Assembly: GCA_035504395.1 (NCBI GenBank)
Contig: DATJRX010000042.1
Location: 593-64,592, forward strand
Length of the DNA: 64,000 bases
Origin: Thermoplasmata archaeon
GTDB lineage: Archaea; Thermoplasmatota; Thermoplasmata; Lutacidiplasmatales; UBA184
Direction of reading: 5' to 3'
The notes beneath the pieces were generated by a model, which was not told the DNA's origin, did no database searches, and worked only from the letters and a program-made list of their open reading frames with translations. The position numbers were made by a program, and so were the translations under genes. This document shows, piece after piece, positions 37,887-47,126 of the stretch (positions are counted from its first letter, which is position 1; each line of letters begins with the position of its first letter).

Positions 37887-38714
37887 TCACTTCCTCGCCG
37901 GCGACCGCCGGCGCGCGGCCACCCGGGTGGCGAATATAAAGAGTACCCCGAAGAACGACACGATCCCGGCGACGTACCACACGGTGTACGACGGCGGGGC
38001 GCCCGGCACGAAGAACTGGACCGAGATCGACGTCGCGCCGCCGGCGAACGTGACGAGGCCGTGCTCCTGCGCGAGCGACGCGGTGAACGTGTGCTCCCCT
38101 TGGCTCAGGCCGAGCGTCGGGTACTCGAACGTCGCGGTGTAGTTCTCGCTCGGCGAGAGGTTCGGGATCGCGAGCGAGCCGACCGGCGTCCCGTCCAGGA
38201 AGATCGTCAGGTTGAACGCGGCGACCGCCGCGGACTTCCCGGTCTCCAGGTGGAGGGTCAGCGTGTACGGCTGGACCACGTGGAACACCCACGAGAAGTT
38301 CGCGGAGACGTTCGCCGACGCGTTCGTCGAGGAGACCTCGACCGTGAGGGTGAGCGTCTGCACGACGGTCCCGACGCTCACCGTGGTCGTGGACGGGGTC
38401 CCCGGCGTGAGGTTGCCGGACGCCGGGGTGACCGCCACGCCCGTCGTGTTCGTCCCGCCGATGGTGGCGAGCCAGGTCAGGTTGCCGACCAGCGTCCCGG
38501 CGGACGAGACCGCGGGGCCGCCGGTGCCGTTGATGAAGAACGTCTGGTTGGTGTTGGTCGACACGACCGTCGGGCCGGACAGGTTCCCGACGACCGGCGA
38601 GCTCGCCGCCAGCACGGGACCGGCGGGCGCCCCGGCCGCCGCCCCGGCGAACCCGGCCCCGAGGGCCGAGCCGAGGAGGAGGACGGCCGCGGCGACGAGG
38701 ATCCACGGCCTCAT
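37887..38714 (-). CDS. sequon-rich cell-surface protein with signal peptide and C-terminal TM anchor (CARDB-like)
   Basis: 275 aa from ATG 38714, which overlaps the aglB stop (ATGA). MRPWILVAAAVLLLGSALG signal, about 12 N-x-S/T sequons, C-terminal WYVAGIVSFFGVLFIFATRVAARRR. Confidence 0.75.
   Translation of the reverse strand: MRPWILVAAAVLLLGSALGAGFAGAAAGAPAGPVLAASSPVVGNLSGPTVVSTNTNQTFFINGTGGPAVSSAGTLVGNLTWLATIGGTNTTGVAVTPASGNLTPGTPSTTTVSVGTVVQTLTLTVEVSSTNASANVSANFSWVFHVVQPYTLTLHLETGKSAAVAAFNLTIFLDGTPVGSLAIPNLSPSENYTATFEYPTLGLSQGEHTFTASLAQEHGLVTFAGGATSISVQFFVPGAPPSYTVWYVAGIVSFFGVLFIFATRVAARRRSPARK
37933..37940 (-). promoter_or_regulatory. TATA-like element embedded in the 3' end of the glycoprotein CDS
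   Basis: Minus strand tttatatt is formed by the codons GTA CTC TTT ATA TTC, a run of A/T-ending codons in a GC3-rich gene. It is centred ~70 nt upstream of the Zn-ribbon ATG. Confidence 0.35.
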
Positions 38715-41700
38715 CGGCGCGTCCACCGCCGCGTGCGCCACCAGCGGTAGGTGAGCACCCCGACGACCAGGGCGATCGCCGGAACGAAGGAGAGCAGCGG
38801 CACCAGCCACGCCGGGCTCGACGGCGGCGGCGTCCCGAGGACCGGTCCGGTGACCGTCAACGGGTTCGTGCCGTTCGACGTATGCGGGGCGAGGGACGCG
38901 ACCGGGATCGGGAGCGCGACGAACGACTGGTACGCGCCGCTGTGGTTCGTCACCGAGGCCTGGACCGTCACGCTGCCGGGCACCACGAAGACCGGGGCGG
39001 CGGCCGTGAGCGAGACGTCGTAGGTGGAGTTCTCGAACGGCGTCAGCGAGATCGCGGTTCCGTTCACGCTCGAGCCCGACGTCGTGAACCCGACCGACCA
39101 GCCCTGGCCCTCGATCCGCGCAAGATCGACCACCGTGAGATCGACGGTCTCGACGGTGTTCCCGGTGTTCACGAGGTAGAACGGCACGCTCGCCGACGTC
39201 GGGCTGTCGACCGGCGCCCCGGCCGAGACGACCAGGACCCCATACACCGGGACCACCACGATCTGGAACGAGAAGGAACCGACCACGGTCCCGTTCGCGA
39301 GCTCGATCTGGACCTGTCCGTTCGGCTCGAGCGCGCTCGCGCCCGCCGGGATCTGGACCGTCATCGAGGCCGCGTAGGGCGCGGACCCGCCCCCGGGGTT
39401 CAGGGTGACGGACGTGAACGAGTACGAGAAGCCCCAGGACGCGGGGCTCCCTACGGCGTGGACGGTCACCGGGCTGTTCCCGATCGCGCGGATCGAGAAG
39501 GCGAACGAGGCCGAGCCGGGGGCCGCGACCGTGGCGGTGGCGCTACCGGTCACGGCGGCCGAGACGGCGTAGCTGTACACGTAGGAGAGGGCGAGGGTCG
39601 CGCCCACGTTCCCGTGGAGGATCGAGACCGGCATCGTCGCGCTCGCGTTGCTCGTGACCCCGTACGGGGTCCCGAACGAGGTCGCGGCGGCGACGTACGC
39701 GCCGACCGGGAGCGCGAGCTCGATCGGGGTGCCCGTCGCGACCCCGGGGAACGCGATGCGGGCACCGAGCGAGCTCGTGACCGTGACGTTCGCCGGCCCG
39801 AGGAGCGGGGCCGCGCCCGACGGAGCGGCCACGCCGATCGTCGCGGTCCACGCCGGCGACAGCGCGAACGTCACGACTCCGGGCGAGGAGAGCGAGACCG
39901 GGACCGTCGTGAGGTCGGCGAGCGGACTCGACGCGCCCCCGCCCGTGACGTAGACCGAGTAGTCGCCCGGCGCGAGCGCGACGGAGAACGCCCCGGTCGG
40001 GGCGGAGACCGTCGTCGCCGCGGTCGACGGGTACGGCCCGAAGAACGTGAGGTTGCCGGCGATCGCGCCGGGGACCCCGGACGCGGTGAGGGTACCGTTG
40101 AGGTAGACCGGTTGCGGGGCCGGGACCATGGTCACGCCGCAGGAGCTCGTGTTGTAGCCGGCGGTGCAGCTCGAGCCGGTCGCGGCCGTCCAGGCGGCGG
40201 TGTACACGCCGGCGGACCCGAGCTCGCGGGTCGTCGCGGACGCCGTGACTGCGTAGACGGTGTCCGCGGGGACCAGAACGGAGAACTTCCCACCCGAGAC
40301 CGCGATCGAGATCGTCGTGCCGTCCTTTCCGGTCAGCACGGCGGTCGTGTTGACCGCGAGGGCGACGTTCGCCGACCGTTCGAGCGTGCCCGTCAGGTCG
40401 ACTCCGGCGGTCCCGATCGCGAGCGCCGGCGAGACCTTCCCGCCCGCGCTGACGACCACGGGGGTGAGCGAGGCGTAGGTGGAGCTGCCGACCGTGACGG
40501 AGGCGTGGGCGGTGTAGGCGCCGGGCGCGACGTAGAACCCGTCGGTGTACGCGGTGCCGTTCACGGTGACGTTGAACGTCGGCGACGAGAGCCCGATCGA
40601 GGCGGAAGCGAGGGTCCCGCCGCTTGGGACGGAGACCGTCCCGGTCGAGTTCTTGAGCGTCGTCAGCACAAGCGAGACGCTGGCCGAGGTGCCCCCGATC
40701 GGAACGGTGAAGTTGACGGTCGAGGTCGAGCGATAGACCGTCGTCGCGTTGCCCGTCGGGGCCCACCCGCTGAGGGCGTAGGAGCCCGGGGCGAGCGCGG
40801 TGGAGAACGTCGGGCCCCCGAGGAGGGCGGTCGTGACCGCGGTCGCGCTCGTGGCGGTCGCGTTGACCCGCAGCACGTTCGCCGGGTCCCCAAGGACGCG
40901 GATCGTGACCGGGACCGGGCGGAGCGAGATCGGCAGGCTGGTGATCCCCGCCAGGGCGCCGGGGCTGAGGCCGCACTGGTTCGATCCGGAGTAACCGGTC
41001 GCGACCACGGACACGCAGTACGAGAAGGCCGGGCTCGGTAGCGCGGACGGGACGTACGCGGCGGCGACCCCGGCGGGAGAGGCGAGGACCGTGACGGACG
41101 GGCCGGCGGCCGTGCCCGCCGAGATCGTGACCTGCGCGCCCACCGCGGGGGCGAGGGTGCCGGAGGCGGTCGTGCTGCCGACGGTCGCGCTCAGCTCGAT
41201 CGCGGAGCTCGGTACCAGGCTGACGGTCGTGCCCGGGACGAGGCTCACGCGCGTGAGGGCGGCGAAGTTCTCGGAGTTCGGCTCGTTGATCCCCTGGACC
41301 ACGGAGAGGTTGTACGTGGCCGCCGGCAGGTAGAGCGCGAACGACCCGTTCACCGCCCAGGCCGACACGGGCACGCCGCTCGGGGTGTAGGCGGTGACCG
41401 CGGTCGCCGGCTCCTCGGACGGGTCCTCGGTCGCGACGGTCCCGCTGAGCCGGACCGCGGGCGCGAGCGCGAGGGTGAGGGTGGGGCCGGGCGCGAGCGC
41501 CGAGGCGACCAGCGACCCGACGGCGGTCGAGAGCGTCCCGCCGACGCGGGCCAGGACCGTGACCGTGTAGTTGGCGTACGGGAGCGCGATCGTCGCGACC
41601 CCCGCCGCGTTCGTGAGCGCCACGCTCCCGTTGCCGAGGGCGCTCTCGTAGGCGCCGATCGGCTCGACCGACGCGTTCGCGAACGAGGGGTAGGGAGTGA

Positions 41701-44700
41701 AGTCGACCGGGACCCCGGCGACCGGCGACCCGCCCGCGACCACCGATACCGAGGCCGTGGTGACCGGGCGGACCGTGAGGTTCTGCTCGAGCACCGTCGC
41801 CTCCGTGGCGAACGACACCGGGATCGTCGCCGACTGCTCCGAAGCGGTCGGGACGCTGGCGGTCAACGAGTAGTTGCCCGGCGGGAAGGTGCGCAGGGAG
41901 TACGTGCCGTTCGCGCCCGAGGTGTTCGTGACGACCGACCCGGTCGCGTTCGACAGGACGATGCGGGCGCCGGTGATGGGAACCCCGCCGGGCCCGTCCA
42001 CCGTGCCCTGGACCGAGGTCGCGGTGAGGCCGACGGACGAGTTCTCCTGCTCGGCCGGGGGCGGCTCGATCGTCAGCGCGGTCTGGGAGTAGTTGTACCC
42101 TCCGTAGAGGATGTCGTAGTTGTAGGTCCCCGGGGCGACGTTCGTGAACTGGAACGCGCCGCTGGCGTCGGTGGTCGTGACGAGCCGCGAGACGTTGTTG
42201 GGGCCCCAGAGCACGACCGACGCGCCCGACACGACCGGGTCCTGGGTCGGCTCGTAGGAGGTGCCGTTCGCGACGTTCCAGTAGACGAACCCGTGGACGG
42301 TCGATCCCCCGAGCACGATCGTCTCGGGGAGGTTCGGCGCGTTGAACGAGAGGGCGACGGACGGCGGGACGTAGAGGTGGAGGGTCTTCAGCAGCGTCGC
42401 GCCCTGCTGCGTGAGCCCCTGGAGGGCCCCGGTCGTGATGTTCAGCGTGTCGTTGCCGGGGGGGAGGACGAGGGAGAACGATCCGTCCGGGGCCGTGACC
42501 ACCGACTCGTGCGGGACCCCCCACTGGTCGAAGACCGTCACGCGGTCCCCTCCGATCGGGGCGCCGTTCGGGAGCTGAAGGTCCCCGAGCAGGGTCTGTC
42601 CGGGGTAGTACTCGAGCATCGACTCGCCGCCCGAGAAGTACTGGTAGGCGGACAGGTTCGCCTGGCCGCCCGAGCTCGCGGCGAGGGATCGGGCGCTCGG
42701 GGAGTTCATCGCGACCCCGCCGCTCGAACAGTTGGTCGCACCGGAGCCGGGCGCGCAGTAGTAGGCGGTCTGGTAGACGACCGCGAAGTGCTCGAGCATC
42801 CAGCCCGGCTCGACCGGGTCGCTCGCGACGCCGCCCTCGAGGCCCGGGATCCCCGCGGACTGGCCGATGTCCGTCCCGTTGTAGCCGAAGTACGTCCGGT
42901 AGATGAGCGAGTTATAGAACGGGGCGAAGTAGTTCACGTAGTAGTTGACCGGCGAGACGTCCGCCGGCACCGAGCCGAGCGGGTAGTAGTTCCCGTCCGA
43001 GCCGAGGACCGTGACGTTGAAGAAGCTCGTCGGAAGGCCGGCGCCGTTGATGACCCGGCCCGTCAGGTCCGCCGGCGCGTAGTAGATCCCGGTGTCCTGG
43101 CCGCTGAACGGGATCAGGCGGCTGTCGACCATGTCGTAGCGGATCGACCAGCCCGTGTAGAGCTGGATGTCGTTGTAGATCGTGGCCACGCCCGAGAGCG
43201 TCTGCGACGTGGCGATGAAGTGCGACATCACGAGGTACATCGCGTTGTCGTCGGTGAGCGTGCTCGGGTTGACCGGGAGGTAGACGTCGGGGTTCGCGAC
43301 GACCGCGTTGTAGTCGGCGCTCTCGTTGGTCATGTAGGAGTGGAGGCGGCTGACGTTGAGCCCGTCGCGCGCGAGGATCACGTTGAGGGACGCGGGGAGG
43401 TACTTCTCTCCCGACGCGAGCTGCTCCGCCTGCAGGAGGGTCGTCGCGAGGACCCCGATCGCGTTCGACTCGTTCTGCGCGAGGAGGAACTGGCCGGCGG
43501 GGTCGATCCCGTTCTGGAAGTTGTCGGCGACGCTCGGATGCTGGCCCTGATCGATCGCCTGGAACCCGTAGTCCCACCAACTGACGAAGGCGGGACGATT
43601 GGCGGCCGGGACGTTGGTGTCCTGCGTCGCGAGCCACGAGTACCCCGCGCTATCGTACAGGTTGGACGTGTCGAGGCTCGTGCCGGCGGCCCCGAAGTAG
43701 TTCGTCGCGGTGGACGAGTTGCCGCGCAGCCAGGTCGGCAGCGAATCGTAGACCTGGTCCGAGAATCCGGTCTTCGTGTTGCCCGGGATGCCCGCGTCGA
43801 TCCCGACCCAGACGTTCGGGAGCACGATCGCGACGATGAGCAGGAAGATCAGCACGTGGCGGGCCTTGAACGCCTTGCGGAAGGCGGCGAACTGGCTGCC
43901 GCGATCCGAGAGGGAGGCGACCGTCCGGCGCAGCGTCGGGTACCCCCCCACGTCGAGCGCCCGCTCGATCGCCTCGGCCGGAAGGAGGGCGAACGCGGGG
44001 GACCCGAGGAGGAAGAACTTCGCGGCGGAGATCGGGAGGTAGATCGACAGGACGGCGAAGATCAGGAAGACGATGTGCTGCCGCTTGAACCGCTGGCGGA
44101 TCAGCGCCCACACGAACAGCGCCACTCCGGCGAAGGCGAGGAAGAACGTGACGACCCCGTAGCCGACGACCAGCTGGTCGATCGACGGGGCCTGGGCCTC
44201 GGCGACGGTCGAGTAGATGAGGTTCTTGACGAAGTACCCCTGGCCCGTGACGATGCTCGTGAAGTAGCGCGGCTCGATGAAGAACAGGAAGAGCGCGGCG
44301 ACGAGCACGAGCCCGACGAGCGTCGGGATCGAGAAGACCCACGGGATGTCCCGCATCAAAAGGAACGGGAGCATGAGCGCGAGCGTCCCGAAGAACAAGA
44401 GGAGCGGAAGGTCGAACCAGGCCGAGAACTGGTGCTGCACGAGGTAGTAGGGAACCGCCATCGGGAAGCCGACGAGCCCGACGATCGCGGTCGTCACGTA
44501 GAGGCCGAACGAGTCGATCCGCCGCAGCCGCTCGATGATCATCGCGATCACGAGCGTGAGCCCGATCACGACGATCGCGTAGGTGTACCCCTGCCACGCG
44601 AGCGCGAGCGCCCCCATCGAGACCCCGGTGAACACCGCCCACTTCACCGCGGTCCGCTCGGTCCGCAAGAACGCGCGCAGCCCGGGCAGGTACTGCTTCG

Positions 44701-45307
44701 GGTCCCGATAGTTGGCGATCCAGCGGCGGGACCCGACCGCCTTGACGGTCCGGATGTAGGCGTAGATCGTGACGAGGATGATGAAGGTGTAGAACGAGAG
44801 ATAGTTCGCGTAGCCGAAGATCGACGAATCGATGTTCGCGCTCAGGAACGGAAAGATGATCGCGGCGATCAGGCCCATCCGCTTCGAGCTGATCTCCCGG
44901 CCGATCAGGTACACCGGGATGATCTCGAGCGCGGCCCACAGCGGTCCCTGAAGGTCGAGGAACCAGGCGCCGGCGACGACCGCGTTCCCGCCGAAGAACG
45001 GAGCGAAGACCAGGCCGAGGATCGCGTTCATCCAGTCGAACAGCGGCTCGCGGGGGTTGTAGCCGCCCACCGGGAAGTGGATCATCGGGTCGAACACGAG
45101 GTTCGCGTGGTTCGTGATGATGAACGTCGTGACGCGCGAGTGGTAGTACGAGTCCGAGCCGCCGGCGTAGGTGTAGAGCGGCCCGAACTGCTGGATGATG
45201 GGGTAGGTCCAGATGGTCCGGATCGCGAACGCGATGCCGATGGCCCCCAGAAGGATCGCGACCGTCCAGCCGTGACGGCGCCACCACCCGTATTGCGACC
45301 CTTCCAT
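38711..45307 (-). CDS. aglB: archaeal oligosaccharyltransferase AglB (STT3 family) fused to a ~1300-aa repeat-rich extracellular extension
   Basis: Uninterrupted 2198-aa ORF. N-terminal multi-TM region, EL5-type TVAE motif, WWDYG at residues 577-581 (nt 43565..43579). From about residue 910 there are repeated beta-sandwich-like units and a final TM plus basic tail. Confidence 0.9.
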   Translation of the reverse strand: MEGSQYGWWRRHGWTVAILLGAIGIAFAIRTIWTYPIIQQFGPLYTYAGGSDSYYHSRVTTFIITNHANLVFDPMIHFPVGGYNPREPLFDWMNAILGLVFAPFFGGNAVVAGAWFLDLQGPLWAALEIIPVYLIGREISSKRMGLIAAIIFPFLSANIDSSIFGYANYLSFYTFIILVTIYAYIRTVKAVGSRRWIANYRDPKQYLPGLRAFLRTERTAVKWAVFTGVSMGALALAWQGYTYAIVVIGLTLVIAMIIERLRRIDSFGLYVTTAIVGLVGFPMAVPYYLVQHQFSAWFDLPLLLFFGTLALMLPFLLMRDIPWVFSIPTLVGLVLVAALFLFFIEPRYFTSIVTGQGYFVKNLIYSTVAEAQAPSIDQLVVGYGVVTFFLAFAGVALFVWALIRQRFKRQHIVFLIFAVLSIYLPISAAKFFLLGSPAFALLPAEAIERALDVGGYPTLRRTVASLSDRGSQFAAFRKAFKARHVLIFLLIVAIVLPNVWVGIDAGIPGNTKTGFSDQVYDSLPTWLRGNSSTATNYFGAAGTSLDTSNLYDSAGYSWLATQDTNVPAANRPAFVSWWDYGFQAIDQGQHPSVADNFQNGIDPAGQFLLAQNESNAIGVLATTLLQAEQLASGEKYLPASLNVILARDGLNVSRLHSYMTNESADYNAVVANPDVYLPVNPSTLTDDNAMYLVMSHFIATSQTLSGVATIYNDIQLYTGWSIRYDMVDSRLIPFSGQDTGIYYAPADLTGRVINGAGLPTSFFNVTVLGSDGNYYPLGSVPADVSPVNYYVNYFAPFYNSLIYRTYFGYNGTDIGQSAGIPGLEGGVASDPVEPGWMLEHFAVVYQTAYYCAPGSGATNCSSGGVAMNSPSARSLAASSGGQANLSAYQYFSGGESMLEYYPGQTLLGDLQLPNGAPIGGDRVTVFDQWGVPHESVVTAPDGSFSLVLPPGNDTLNITTGALQGLTQQGATLLKTLHLYVPPSVALSFNAPNLPETIVLGGSTVHGFVYWNVANGTSYEPTQDPVVSGASVVLWGPNNVSRLVTTTDASGAFQFTNVAPGTYNYDILYGGYNYSQTALTIEPPPAEQENSSVGLTATSVQGTVDGPGGVPITGARIVLSNATGSVVTNTSGANGTYSLRTFPPGNYSLTASVPTASEQSATIPVSFATEATVLEQNLTVRPVTTASVSVVAGGSPVAGVPVDFTPYPSFANASVEPIGAYESALGNGSVALTNAAGVATIALPYANYTVTVLARVGGTLSTAVGSLVASALAPGPTLTLALAPAVRLSGTVATEDPSEEPATAVTAYTPSGVPVSAWAVNGSFALYLPAATYNLSVVQGINEPNSENFAALTRVSLVPGTTVSLVPSSAIELSATVGSTTASGTLAPAVGAQVTISAGTAAGPSVTVLASPAGVAAAYVPSALPSPAFSYCVSVVATGYSGSNQCGLSPGALAGITSLPISLRPVPVTIRVLGDPANVLRVNATATSATAVTTALLGGPTFSTALAPGSYALSGWAPTGNATTVYRSTSTVNFTVPIGGTSASVSLVLTTLKNSTGTVSVPSGGTLASASIGLSSPTFNVTVNGTAYTDGFYVAPGAYTAHASVTVGSSTYASLTPVVVSAGGKVSPALAIGTAGVDLTGTLERSANVALAVNTTAVLTGKDGTTISIAVSGGKFSVLVPADTVYAVTASATTRELGSAGVYTAAWTAATGSSCTAGYNTSSCGVTMVPAPQPVYLNGTLTASGVPGAIAGNLTFFGPYPSTAATTVSAPTGAFSVALAPGDYSVYVTGGGASSPLADLTTVPVSLSSPGVVTFALSPAWTATIGVAAPSGAAPLLGPANVTVTSSLGARIAFPGVATGTPIELALPVGAYVAAATSFGTPYGVTSNASATMPVSILHGNVGATLALSYVYSYAVSAAVTGSATATVAAPGSASFAFSIRAIGNSPVTVHAVGSPASWGFSYSFTSVTLNPGGGSAPYAASMTVQIPAGASALEPNGQVQIELANGTVVGSFSFQIVVVPVYGVLVVSAGAPVDSPTSASVPFYLVNTGNTVETVDLTVVDLARIEGQGWSVGFTTSGSSVNGTAISLTPFENSTYDVSLTAAAPVFVVPGSVTVQASVTNHSGAYQSFVALPIPVASLAPHTSNGTNPLTVTGPVLGTPPPSSPAWLVPLLSFVPAIALVVGVLTYRWWRTRRWTRR

Positions 45308-45353
45308 CCGCCGCGACGCTCCCCCGGCCGGCGGCGCGCGAGAATGGGCGGGC

Positions 45354-45360
45354 TATAAAT
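45354..45360 (-). promoter_or_regulatory. TATA box candidate for aglB
   Basis: Plus strand tataaat (minus atttata) ~50 nt upstream of ATG 45307. GGGGGAG lies between. Confidence 0.5.
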
Positions 45361-45423
45361 AGGATGCTCCCGGCGACCGCCGGTCGCCGTCAGAGCGGCG
45401 CGCCGCGCGCGGCCGCCCGGACG

Positions 45424-45945
45424 TCAGTCGAGCGCGCGGAACCGGTAGAAGACGCGCCCGTCGCCGACGTCGTACGGCTCGACCGCGACGCGCGCCCCGA
45501 TCGCGAGCTCGCTCCACGGCTTCCCGTCGATCCGGCCGAACAGTCGCAGCGGGGCCCCGTCCAGGTCGACCAGCCCGACCGCGTACGGCACGTCGCCCTC
45601 CATCCCGAGCGGCGCCGCGCCGAGCACCGCGCTGAACGCGTAGATCCGGCCGTGCTCGGGAAGGTCGATCCACTCGAGGTCCTCCGCGTGGCAGCGCGGG
45701 CACGCGACGCGCGGCGGCCACTGGAGGTCGCCGTCCCGCCGACATCGGGTCGTCGAGAGGCGCCCCTCGCGCAGCCGGTCGAAGAAGCGGGAGAGCCGGG
45801 TCTCGTTCGCGCTCTCGAGCGGGAAGAAATCGAGCAGGAACGGCCGCTTCTCCCGGGGATGCTCGTCCGCCGGTTTCTCGAGCGGGGCCGCGGCGGTCGG
45901 CACGTCGGGTCCGGGGCCCCGGCGAGGCTTCGCGGCGACGCTCAC
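45424..45945 (-). CDS. DUF35 OB-fold/Zn-ribbon protein (thiolase-associated)
   Basis: 173 aa from GTG 45945, which overlaps the thiolase stop. Zn-ribbon CRRDGDLQWPPRVACPRC followed by an OB-fold region (YAFSAV...GLVDLDG...GRI). Confidence 0.8.
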   Translation of the reverse strand: MSVAAKPRRGPGPDVPTAAAPLEKPADEHPREKRPFLLDFFPLESANETRLSRFFDRLREGRLSTTRCRRDGDLQWPPRVACPRCHAEDLEWIDLPEHGRIYAFSAVLGAAPLGMEGDVPYAVGLVDLDGAPLRLFGRIDGKPWSELAIGARVAVEPYDVGDGRVFYRFRALD

Positions 45946-47126
45946 GCCGGTCCGCCTCCCTGGTAGATCATCACCGAGTGGACGTTCGCGCTCCCCGAGA
46001 GGTTGTGGACCAGGGCCCACTCCGGGTCGGGGACCTGCCGCGCGGGCGGGACGCGGCGCGCACACTGGTCGAACACCTCGACCGCCTGGGCGATCCCGGT
46101 CGCCCCCAGCGGGTGACCGCATCCGAGCAGCCCGCCCCGCGGGTTGACGACGACGTCGCCCCCGAGGTCCGAGCGGCCGTCCTCGACGAACGCGCCGCCC
46201 TCGCCGGGGCCGCAGAAGCCGAACGCCTCGTACTCCACGATCTCGGAGATCGAGAAGCAGTCGTGGATCTCCGCGAAGTCGAGGTCCTTCGGGCCGATCC
46301 CCGCGCTCCGGAACGCCTCCCGCGCCGCGAGGGTCAGTCCGGGCCACTCGCTCAGCGAGCCCGCATGCGCCAGATTGTGGAAGTCCGAGTACTGCCCGGT
46401 CCCGCGGACCCACACCGGAGCGTCGGTGTACTGCCGGGCGCGGTCGGCGGCGACCAGCACGACCGCGGCCGCTCCGTCGGTCATCGACGAGCAGTCGCCG
46501 AGCCGCAGCGGCGGCGCGACCAGGGGTAGGCCCTTGAGCTTGGCCCGAGGGAACGTCTTCGCGTAGAACTGGGCGTTCGGGTTCGAGTTCGCGAACCGAT
46601 GGTTCTTCTCGGAGACCGCCGCGAGCTGATCGTCCGTGGTGCCGTGCTCGAGCATGTGGCGCTGCGCGACCATCGCGAAGAACGGCGGGGCGGTCGCACC
46701 GCCCGGCCCGTCCCACGCCCGGTCCATCACGCACACCATCGAGGTGTTCGCCTCGGCCATCGAGGGGAGGTTCATCTTCTCCACGCCGACCGCCACCGCC
46801 ACGTCGGAGAGCCCCGCCGCGATGGCGGCGTACGCGGATCGGATCGCGGACTGACCGGAGGCGCAGGCGAGCTCGGTCCGCTGGACGATCCGATGCGGAC
46901 GCAGGCCCATCTGCTCGGCGGCGAACGGCGCCACGTGCGACTGGAACGCGAACCGCTCGGGCTCGGCGGCCCCGACGAACAGCGAGTCGACGTCCTCGGT
47001 GCGCAGGTTCGGGACCGCGCGGAAGAGTGCCGCGCCGACCTCCTGGGCGAGCTCGGCCCACGTGGCCGGCCGGACCCCGAAGGCGGTGGTCGCCCCGCCC
47101 ACGAGCGCGACCTCGCGGGCGATCAT
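45942..47126 (-). CDS. thiolase (archaeal/SCP-x type acetyl-CoA C-acyltransferase)
   Basis: 394 aa from ATG 47126 (GGAGGCGG upstream). Catalytic contexts ELACASG, IHDCF and GHPLGATG. Confidence 0.9.
   Translation of the reverse strand: MIAREVALVGGATTAFGVRPATWAELAQEVGAALFRAVPNLRTEDVDSLFVGAAEPERFAFQSHVAPFAAEQMGLRPHRIVQRTELACASGQSAIRSAYAAIAAGLSDVAVAVGVEKMNLPSMAEANTSMVCVMDRAWDGPGGATAPPFFAMVAQRHMLEHGTTDDQLAAVSEKNHRFANSNPNAQFYAKTFPRAKLKGLPLVAPPLRLGDCSSMTDGAAAVVLVAADRARQYTDAPVWVRGTGQYSDFHNLAHAGSLSEWPGLTLAAREAFRSAGIGPKDLDFAEIHDCFSISEIVEYEAFGFCGPGEGGAFVEDGRSDLGGDVVVNPRGGLLGCGHPLGATGIAQAVEVFDQCARRVPPARQVPDPEWALVHNLSGSANVHSVMIYQGGGPA

Noticed and set aside
38882-45358. Very long ORFs opposite or out of frame with aglB (38882..41041, 39543..42524, 42293..45358, 43650..45287)
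   Set aside because: Arg/Gly/Asp/Pro-rich low complexity. aglB has STT3 motifs and repeat structure in its own frame across the whole span.
45364-45966. 200-aa plus-strand ORF starting 4 nt after the tataaat island
   Set aside because: The start is too close to the TATA element. The ORF is antisense to the DUF35 gene and has shadow composition. The island is better explained as the aglB promoter on the other strand.
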